Assembly: GCF_014202425.1 (NCBI RefSeq)
Contig: NZ_JACHGT010000021.1
Coordinates: 29,884 to 93,883, forward strand
Length of the DNA: 64,000 nucleotides
Direction: 5' to 3'
Origin: Phytomonospora endophytica
GTDB taxonomy: Bacteria > Actinomycetota > Actinomycetes > Mycobacteriales > Micromonosporaceae
A program made the position numbers and the translations under genes. The notes under the pieces are model-generated. The model made no database searches, was not told where the DNA came from, and saw only the letters and a program-made list of their open reading frames with translations. Below, in pieces: positions 57,801 through 64,000 of the stretch (positions are counted from its first letter, which is position 1; the number at the start of each line of letters is the position of its first letter).

Positions 57801-59831
57801 GACCACGACGCCACCGAGATCTTGCGCGTCATGCTGCGCCTCTACGAGGCCGCCGGTCTCCTGCGCTACCCGCCGGACGCGCGCGCGGCCGCCCAGCTCT
57901 ACTGGGCCTACGGCCCCGCCGAGACCGACCGGGCCGGGCTGCTGACCCGGATCGGTTCCCTGGCAAGGGTTCGCGAGGTCTTCGGGCTCCCGAAGGCGAT
58001 GGGCGACCTGCTCGCCGAACTGGCGACCGCGATCGCCGCCTTCCACGCCGACCGCGAACTCCCGGGCGTCACCGACCCCGCGCTGGCCGCCGAGTACCTC
58101 TTCGAGGAGCTCGCCGGGTCCCGCAACGGGTTCGTCACCAGCGCCGCCGCCAAGTCGCTCGTGCAGCGTTTCCGGGCCGCCCTCGGCGGACCGGGATCGG
58201 CGCGGCTGGCCGGATACGAGGAGGACCTGCGCGGTCTCGGTGACGACCTCGCCGCCCGCCACCAGCTCGTCACGGCCTGGCTGGGCGCGTTCCTGTCGTC
58301 GACGGGTGAGGGCGACGTCGACCTGCCCGAGGCCGTCGCGGTCGAGGTCCTCGGTAAGGAACTGCCCCGCCGCGACTCCTCGGCGACGTTGACGGCCACA
58401 GTGGACGGTCTACTGGGGACACATCCGCGGATCGAGGCCCGGAAGATGGGGTTGCGCCTCGACGAGGTGCTCGCCCGCACCACCCGCTTCCGTCGCGAGC
58501 GCGTGCCCGGTTTCCGTTCCTACCAGCGGATCCGTAACGCCCTCGTGGACGCCGAGCGCGGCCGTCTGCGCCTCGACGAGTACAAGCCGAAGGTGTTGAG
58601 CTCCTTTGTGCGCAACCGCCTCCTCGACGAGGTGTACCTGCCGCTGATCGGCGCCAACCTGGCCAAGCAGATCGGTGCGGCCGGCGACGACAAGCGCACC
58701 GACCAGTCGGGCATGCTGCTGCTGATCTCCCCGCCCGGGTACGGCAAGACGACGCTCATGGAGTACGTCGCCTCCCGTCTCGGTCTGGTCTTCGTCAAGG
58801 TCAACGGCCCCTCGCTCGGCCACGACGTGACCTCCCTCGACCCCGCCGACGCGCCCAACGCGACCGCGCGTCAGGAGGTCGAGAAGATCAACTTCGCGCT
58901 CGAAGCGGGCGGGAACGTCCTGCTGTACCTCGACGACATCCAGCACACCTCGCCGGAACTGCTGCAGAAGTTCATCTCGCTGTGCGACGGGCAGCGCCGG
59001 ATGGAGGGCGTCTGGGGCGGCCGGACCAAGACCTACGACCTGCGCGGCAAGCGCTTCGCCGTCTGCATGGCCGGCAACCCCTATACCGAGTCCGGGCAGC
59101 GCTTCCGGATCCCCGACATGCTCGCCAACCGCGCCGACGTGTGGAACCTCGGCGACGTCCTGTCGGGCCGGGAGGAACTCTTCTCCCTGAGCTACCTGGA
59201 GAACTCGCTCACCTCCAACGCCGTCCTCGCGCCACTGTCCACAAGGGAACGCGGCGACGTGGAGGTGCTGGTGCGGCTGGCCTCCGGCGACGCCTCGGCC
59301 ACCCCCGAGCAGCTCGCGCACCCCTACTCGCCGACCGAGCTCGAACGCGTCCTCTCGGTACTGCGCAAGCTCCGCCACGTGCAGAAGACCGTGCTGGCCA
59401 ACAACCAGGCCTACATCGCCTCGGCCGCCCAGTCCGACGCCGCCCGCACCGAACCGCCGTTCCAGCTGCAGGGCAGCTACCGCAACATGAACAAGCTCGC
59501 CGAGCGGGTCGTGGCCGCCATGAACGACGACGAGGTCGAGGCCGTCATCGACGACCACTACCTCGGCGAGGCCCAGACCCTCACCAGCGGCGCCGAGGCG
59601 AACCTCCTCAAACTCGCCGAACTGCGCGGGCGGCTCACCCCCGAGCAGGCCGCGCGCTGGGCCGAGGTCAAGGAGGGCTTCCTGCGGGCCCGCGCCCTCG
59701 GCGGCGACGGCGACGACCCGATGAGCCGCGCCGTCGGCGCCGTCGGGCTGCTCGCCGACCGGGTCGGCTCGGTGGAGAAGGCGATCCGGCAGGCGTCGGG
59801 GGGAGTGGGCCAGCCGGGCGTGACTGGGTAA
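54849..59831 (+). CDS. Very large (1660 aa) AAA+ ATPase, MoxR/dynein-related C-terminal ATPase domain
   Basis: GAGGAG RBS. Long helical N-terminal two-thirds, then C-terminal Walker A LLISPPGYGKTTL, Walker B VLLYLDDIQH and sensor motifs. Confidence 0.7.
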   Translation: MTDPNTPAAPEAEAATDRLDAGTYEVLRARLADQAANLARRAEELNTRRLDVFGGTELTLLGTERIRTLNNCVPRDIVQVGGRMLFGYNVFIGLRPETTVDDVFSLHRFERDGDAFTFTAAEASGAAELPGLIADPQFQRDFAEMYRYYRQTHLTQLRRVEGRLLAVFQIGEKLADLRVLRWTVAADGSVSYLDNRGERDHVFPASHDFEWTETTRDDHVLGRFPHISIGGEVFVETVNGDLTIKIENNTESGEGIYREPVDEPLQSLADAEVAYARVGALILLRIRPYNEKAARHLVFNTRTKSVHRLDGIGQSCRTLPEDQGIIFPGGYYLATGVAKTFDADVADLEFERVLRSPNGEDVLYVFHERAEGRTLLLPYNVIRKEVASPLTCHGYSLFDDGTMVAFRANGEEPSRVHPMQVWQTPFVSDTFAAAQPVGTGPLERIGNAELVRGVSDCLSVARMVGEMAPSIEVYEALIATCVRAIDNYHWLGDEALGGLRDPLDGVRATAEQVLDEYETVRELTAQSADAVERAAAETASMIRRSSGEAPKTADAWVSQLAELRGAQGHLITLRDMRYVDLARLSTLDDAVAGELKSAAGRAVAFLEGPDAFAGYHDSIDRLTADAEAIASVAQSTPLTQRLAEQTAGLEVLTEVVSTLDIADATVRTQILERIGEVLAGVNRARATLDARRRELLSAEGRAEFAAEFALLGQAVTGALAAAGTPEACDEQLGRLMLQLENLESRFGEFDDFLGELAAKRTDVYEAFSSRKQTLLDERARRAERLADSAARILDSVNRRVSTLDSLDAVNTYFATDPMVSKLRSVTEELRALGDQVRAEELAGRIKAARQEAGRSLRDRQDLYDGGGETIRFGQHRLPVNTQPLDLTLVPQDGRLAFSLTGTDYRSLVTDPAFAETHAYWDQLLVSETAEVYRAEYLASSILADELAAGRILQLHEAAVGDGLPAKVREAAESRYDEGYERGVHDHDATEILRVMLRLYEAAGLLRYPPDARAAAQLYWAYGPAETDRAGLLTRIGSLARVREVFGLPKAMGDLLAELATAIAAFHADRELPGVTDPALAAEYLFEELAGSRNGFVTSAAAKSLVQRFRAALGGPGSARLAGYEEDLRGLGDDLAARHQLVTAWLGAFLSSTGEGDVDLPEAVAVEVLGKELPRRDSSATLTATVDGLLGTHPRIEARKMGLRLDEVLARTTRFRRERVPGFRSYQRIRNALVDAERGRLRLDEYKPKVLSSFVRNRLLDEVYLPLIGANLAKQIGAAGDDKRTDQSGMLLLISPPGYGKTTLMEYVASRLGLVFVKVNGPSLGHDVTSLDPADAPNATARQEVEKINFALEAGGNVLLYLDDIQHTSPELLQKFISLCDGQRRMEGVWGGRTKTYDLRGKRFAVCMAGNPYTESGQRFRIPDMLANRADVWNLGDVLSGREELFSLSYLENSLTSNAVLAPLSTRERGDVEVLVRLASGDASATPEQLAHPYSPTELERVLSVLRKLRHVQKTVLANNQAYIASAAQSDAARTEPPFQLQGSYRNMNKLAERVVAAMNDDEVEAVIDDHYLGEAQTLTSGAEANLLKLAELRGRLTPEQAARWAEVKEGFLRARALGGDGDDPMSRAVGAVGLLADRVGSVEKAIRQASGGVGQPGVTG

Positions 59832-59982
59832 GCGGGGTGCGACGGTCCGCTGGGAGGCCGGTGCGGGGTCGCGTTCGGGGCGACCGCGTGAGACGGATTC
59901 TCGTCCGTCCGGGATGTCGTACCTCGCCGGTATCGTCGCTGTTGGGGCCTCCTTCGCGGGCGTGGGCACGTCGCGTCCCGAA

Positions 59983-60110
59983 AGGTTGTCCACAACCGGC
60001 GGGTTATCCACAGGGAACTCCGTTCACGTTCGCCGTCCACGCCTGGCGGCGGGCTACGGTCGAAATTTGGGCGGAGGCCGGGAGGTCCCTGGCGGCATTC
60101 ACGTTCTTGC
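59983..60110 (-). other. Non-coding element X, copy 2 (inverted, intact)
   Basis: Reverse complement aligns to 33131..33246 at ~85 % identity. Carries TTGTCCACA (59986-59994) and TTATCCACA (60004-60012) nine bp apart. Lies ~150 bp after the ATPase stop. Confidence 0.5.
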
Positions 60111-60384
60111 GGGTGGGCCGGTCGGCCGTAGAGGCGCCAGGAGCGCCACACCACCCTGCTGTCGTGGTGGCCCGCCGGAGTCGGGTCGTCGCACTGTCGG
60201 TCCCGGTCCCGGTCCTCGCCCCGACCGGCCTCGGGCAGCTGATTCCGGCCGCGATCGCGGCCGCCACCCGGATCCTGGCGAACCTGGGAGCGTGACCCGC
60301 GCGGCGCCCGCGACGCGCATCACGCGCCATGATCACGTACGATCGCCCGCGCGCCACCCCGGCGCCCTGCGCGAAAGGCGTGCC

Positions 60385-60903
60385 ATGCCCACCCCTCACC
60401 CGAACTTCCGGCTCCGCGGTGCCCTCATCACCGGCACCGCGGCCGTGCCGTGGACGATGATCGCCGACCTCGGTGGCGCGAACCTGCCCATCGGGATCGC
60501 GTCGCTGGTCCTCACCGCCGCCTGCGTCGGTGTCGCGCTGACCCTCGGCCGCAGGCCCGGCCCCGAGCGCACGCCCGCCGAGGGCTGGAACAAGACCTTC
60601 GGCCGCGTCGGACTCCTCGAACTGGCCGGGATCGGCCTCTCCGTGGCGATCCTCGCGCCGACCGGCCTCGCCCAGCTCATCCCCACCGCGATCGCGCTGG
60701 TCGTCGGCGTGCACTTCTTCCCGCTCGCGAAGGTCTTCGGGCAGCCGCAGTACCGGTGGACCGGCGTGGGCATGTGCCTGGCCGCCGCCGTCGCGCTCGT
60801 GCTGTTCGTGGCGAACCTGCGCGACCCGTCGATGGCCGTCGCCGGTCTCGGTACGGCCGCGACGCTGTGGGGCACCTCGCTGGCGGTCTCCGTGCGCGGC
60901 TGA
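60385..60903 (+). CDS. Integral membrane protein, hypothetical
   Basis: ATG 60385. Four hydrophobic helices. Confidence 0.5.
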   Translation: MPTPHPNFRLRGALITGTAAVPWTMIADLGGANLPIGIASLVLTAACVGVALTLGRRPGPERTPAEGWNKTFGRVGLLELAGIGLSVAILAPTGLAQLIPTAIALVVGVHFFPLAKVFGQPQYRWTGVGMCLAAAVALVLFVANLRDPSMAVAGLGTAATLWGTSLAVSVRG

Positions 60904-60904
60904 G

Positions 60905-61210
60905 TCAGCCCCCGACCCCGCGCCGGTCCAGCGCCTCTATCCACGCCGCCGCCACGGCCGCGACCTGCACCAGCTCCCGGCGCAGCTTCACCGGGTCGGT
61001 CTCGGCGAGCGCCTCGGTGGTCTCCTCGGTGAGGATCTCCGCCCAGGTCAGCGTGCCGGCCTCGGCCGAGCGGTCGGTGATGGCGCGGGCCACCTCGGCG
61101 GCGGCGACCTGCGCGGCCCGGCCGGTCCCGTCGGGATGGTTCTGTTCGCCCCACAGGTCGTCCTGGCGGTGGCGTTCACTGGCGACGTCGGCGAGAACAG
61201 GCTGGGTCAC
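60905..61210 (-). CDS. Hypothetical protein
   Basis: A 101-aa acidic helical ORF with coding bias. Confidence 0.4.
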   Translation of the reverse strand: MTQPVLADVASERHRQDDLWGEQNHPDGTGRAAQVAAAEVARAITDRSAEAGTLTWAEILTEETTEALAETDPVKLRRELVQVAAVAAAWIEALDRRGVGG

Positions 61211-61403
61211 GTTGCTCCTCCGGCGGCGTGTTCGAGGTGATGTTGCAAGAGGCTAGCGGCGGGTGTCGATGTGGGGAAGGGCGCGGTGGGGCGGGTGTCG
61301 GGTACGACTCCGCCCGCGCACCGGCGAACGCTTCCCGGTGTCGTCCCGAAGGCCTGGTCCGGGCGGGCGTGATCGGCTGTCCGCGCGGCCCTGATCCACA
61401 TGG

Positions 61404-61448
61404 TGAACAAAAGGCCCCTTCATCTGGTGTTCATCCAGGTGACGGGGC
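61404..61448. terminator. Perfect 10-bp stem terminator AAAAGGCCCC…GGGGCCTTTT downstream of tRNA
   Basis: Read directly. The T/A-tracts flanking the stem allow function in both directions. Confidence 0.7.
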
Positions 61449-61458
61449 CTTTTCGGTG

Positions 61459-61531
61459 AGCTGGTGGCGGGACTCGAACCCGCAACCTACCGCTTACAAG
61501 GCGGTTGCGCTGCCAATTGCGCCACACCAGC
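61459..61531 (-). tRNA. tRNA-Thr (anticodon UGU)
   Basis: Manual cloverleaf fold. Acceptor GCTGGTG/CACCAGC, D-arm GCGC-AATTGGCA-GCGC, anticodon stem ACCGC/GCGGT with loop CTTGTAA, T-arm GCGGG-TTCGAGT-CCCGC. No CCA encoded. Confidence 0.85.
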
Positions 61532-61707
61532 GAATTCCGCTCTGAATCGTACCGGGGGGATCTCTGACCGGGGAAACCTCCCGCCCCCGTACTCGCGTCT
61601 GGTCCGGTGACGGGCCCGAAAGCGCACGCGCGGAGACGGCGGGACGACGCTGCGGGCTGGCGGGGCGCGGGGATACTCGCGCCTTCGGATTTCGATAGGA
61701 GTCGATT

Positions 61708-62638
61708 GATGAACCGACGCAGCATCCTTCGCGGTCTCGCTCTCGGGGCGGCGGCGACACCCGCCGCCGTGCTACTGAGCGGACCCGCGCAGGCCGCCAC
61801 CTACAGCGTGGTCGCGACCGAGCAGGTCGCCAACCGCCTGTACGTGTGGCCGACCGGCAAGTCCCTCTCCTGGGACAACCGCAGCTGGAGCTGGAGCCCC
61901 GGTACGGGCGGCTGGTCCAACCTCTCCGACGTCCGCCTGCGCAACACCTCCGCGCACGGCTGGGTCGTCCTCACCGCCGCCTCCGGCGGCCGGGTCGGCA
62001 TCATCAACCACACCAGCGAGAAGGACGCCGAGCTCAACGACCTCCTCTGGTACGCCACCCCCGGCGGCAACCCGCACGCCATCGAGCGCATCGAGAACAA
62101 CGGCTCGATCGTCGCCGCCAGCTCCAACGGCTATCTGACGCTCTACTCGCCGACCGCGATCAGCAAGCCCAGCACCCTCGCCAAGGTCGCCTCCTACAGC
62201 CTGCCCGGCGCGCACGGCGTCCTGTGGGACCCGGGCTCGAAGCTGCTGTGGGCGATCGGCGACAAGGTCATCCGCTGGTACGCCGTCACCGGCACCTACC
62301 GCGGCACCCGCCTGGCCCTCAAGGGCAGCAAGGCCATCAGCGGCCTCGGCCACGACCTCCAGCCCGACTACAAGGACAAGACCCGCCTGCTGTTCACCGC
62401 CAGCTACGGCACCTACGCCATCAACACCGCCACCAAGGCCGTCACGACCCTCTCCAGCGAGACCCGCGTGAAGGCCCTCGCCCGCCACTCCAGCGGCGAG
62501 TACGTCTCCATCCGCGCCGACAACACCGGCTCGCGCACCTGGGGCAGCCCGACCCTGCGCTTCTCCACCCTCGCCGACCGTTCCCGCACGGGCGCCGAGT
62601 TCTACAAGGTCCGCATCTGGACCCCCTCCTACGAGTAG
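61708..62638 (+). CDS. Tat-signal secreted protein of unknown function (paralog C)
   Basis: ATG 61708 with AGGA RBS. Signal MNRRSILRGLALGAAATPAAVLLSGPAQA. Shares all family motifs with the genes at 2476 and 3429. Confidence 0.75.
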
Positions 62639-62722
62639 CCCTCAGGGCGGCGGGGCGCGATGTTCACCCCGCCGCCTTCTCAGGTCCGCGACATGTCGGC
62701 CCGCGTCCCTAGACTGACGCCC

Positions 62723-63937
62723 ATGCCAGCGCTCGCCCGCCGCCTGGGCCTCACCGACGCCGTCGTCATCGGCCTGTCGGCCATGCTCGGCGCCGGTGTC
62801 TTCGTCGCCTTCGCCCCCGCCGCGAGCCTCGCCGGAGGCCCGCTGTTGCTCGCCGCGCTGGCCGTCGCCGGTGTCGTCGCCTACTGCAACGCCTCCAGCA
62901 GTGCCGCGCTCGCCGCCCTCCATCCCGAATCGGGCGGCACCTACGTCTACGGCCGCGAACGCCTCGGGCCCTTCTGGGGTTTCCTCGCCGGGTGGGGCTT
63001 CGTCGTCGGCAAGACCGCCAGCTGCGCGGCCATGGCCCTGACGATCGGCGCCTACCTGTGGCCCGAGTACGCGCGACCGGTCGGGATCGCCGCCGTCACC
63101 GCCCTCACCGCGGTGAACCTGCGCGGGGTCGCCAAGACCGCCCTCGCCGCGAAGATCTTCCTCGCGGTCACCGCGGCCGTGCTGGTCCTCGTCGCGGCCG
63201 TCGGCGTCGGGGACCTCTCGGCGCCCCTCGACTTCGGGACTCCCGCCGGCGGTCTCCACGGTGTCCTCGGCGCCGCCGGGCTGATGTTCTTCGCCTTCGC
63301 CGGGTACGCCCGCATCGCCACCCTCGGCGAGGAGGTCCGCGAGCCCGCCCGCACCATCCCGCGCGCGATCGGGCTCGCCCTGGCCGTCGTCGTCGTCCTC
63401 TACGCGATCCTCGCCGTCATCGCGCTCCTCGTCCTCGGCCCCGCCCTGCCGAACTCGACCGCACCCCTCGCCGACGTCGTCACCACCGCCGGTCTCCCCG
63501 GCCTCGCGCCGGTCGTGCGCGTCGGTGCGGGCATCGCCGTCGTCGGTGTTCTGCTGTCGCTGCTCGCCGGGGTCGGCCGCACCACCCTGGCCATGGCCCG
63601 CCGCCGCGACCTGCCGGGTTTCCTCGCCGCCGTGCACCCGGTCCGGCAGGTCCCGCACCGCGCCGAACTCGCCGTCGGCGTGCTCGTCGCCGTGCTCGTC
63701 GCGGTCACCGACCTGCGCGGGGTCATCGGCTTCTCCAGCTTCGCCGTCCTCGGCTACTACGCCGTCGCCAACGCCTCGGCCTGGACCCTCGGTGGGCGGT
63801 GGCGGCGGATCGTCGCGGGCGTCGGGCTCGTCGGCTGCCTGGTCGTCGGCTTCAGCCTCCCGTGGCGCAGCCTCGCGGCGGGCGCGGCACTCCTGGCCGT
63901 GGGCGCGGTCGTGTACGCCGTTCGGCGCAGGGCCTGA
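62723..63937 (+). CDS. APC-family amino acid permease
   Basis: Twelve TM helices. N-terminal RRLGLTDAVVIGLSAMLGAGVF motif typical of APC transporters. Confidence 0.8.
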   Translation: MPALARRLGLTDAVVIGLSAMLGAGVFVAFAPAASLAGGPLLLAALAVAGVVAYCNASSSAALAALHPESGGTYVYGRERLGPFWGFLAGWGFVVGKTASCAAMALTIGAYLWPEYARPVGIAAVTALTAVNLRGVAKTALAAKIFLAVTAAVLVLVAAVGVGDLSAPLDFGTPAGGLHGVLGAAGLMFFAFAGYARIATLGEEVREPARTIPRAIGLALAVVVVLYAILAVIALLVLGPALPNSTAPLADVVTTAGLPGLAPVVRVGAGIAVVGVLLSLLAGVGRTTLAMARRRDLPGFLAAVHPVRQVPHRAELAVGVLVAVLVAVTDLRGVIGFSSFAVLGYYAVANASAWTLGGRWRRIVAGVGLVGCLVVGFSLPWRSLAAGAALLAVGAVVYAVRRRA

Positions 63938-64000
63938 GAGACGTTGCCGAGCGTCGCCGCCCCGCCTACGCTCGTCGGCGTGACCTTCGACTTCACCCGT

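Noticed and set aside
54798-60011. Very long minus-strand ORFs (54798..58262, 58410..60011) antisense to the giant ATPase gene
   Set aside because: Arg/Gly/Ala-dominated low-complexity translations typical of the wrong frame in >70 % GC DNA. The plus-strand frame has the clean AAA+ motifs.
33131-60110. Inverted X copies as terminal inverted repeats of a composite transposon
   Set aside because: No transposase or DDE gene between or beside them. The phage att duplication explains the left end. Noted as an open alternative under findings.
61459-61531. tRNA-Thr as the prophage attachment site
   Set aside because: The 3' end of the tRNA is not duplicated at either prophage boundary, and the tRNA lies 6.6 kb beyond attR. 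The 14-bp repeat inside X fits the boundaries exactly.

Overview
High-GC (roughly 70 %+) actinomycete-type chromosomal segment, read by eye without tools. Three parts can be supported.

1. Host block, 1-33 kb. It holds a partial adenylate-cyclase/NB-ARC regulator, a UvrD-helicase remnant, MazG, two tandem Tat-secreted paralogs and a GHL10-like hydrolase. Two small secreted or acidic repeat peptides share a duplicated 5' leader. An acyltransferase-3 gene is frameshifted. The conserved hemL / histidine-phosphatase / resA-ccdA-resB-ccsA cytochrome-c biogenesis operon follows. Then come a PadR-HAAS pair, an MFS transporter, a CPBP protease, a HisKA_3 kinase with a NarL-type regulator, a membrane-anchored Hsp70-like protein, UbiA/UbiD menaquinone-type genes, MarR regulators, an msiK-like ABC ATPase, an NmrA-like oxidoreductase, an inositol-monophosphatase-family protein and an NfeD-flotillin operon.

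2. Prophage, about 33.23-54.81 kb (about 21.6 kb). It is siphovirus/HK97-like with every gene but one on the minus strand. The order is tyrosine integrase, Xis-like HTH, two HNH endonucleases, small coupled genes, a deaminase-fold toxin/immunity candidate, terminase, portal, protease, major capsid, connector, tail, G/GT chaperone, tape measure and minor tail proteins. The single plus-strand locus is an XRE-DUF5753 regulator with DUF397 partners. The element is bounded by a 14-bp direct repeat, ATAAC(C/G)CACCGGTT. It inserted into a ~130-bp non-coding element X. X contains two DnaA-box-like 9-mers and sits upstream of a 1660-aa AAA+ (MoxR-like) ATPase gene. A second, inverted copy of X lies just downstream of that gene.

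3. Right end. A small membrane protein, tRNA-Thr(UGU), a third secreted paralog and an APC permease.

No CRISPR array, rRNA or transposase was seen. All family calls are from motif recognition only and need database confirmation.
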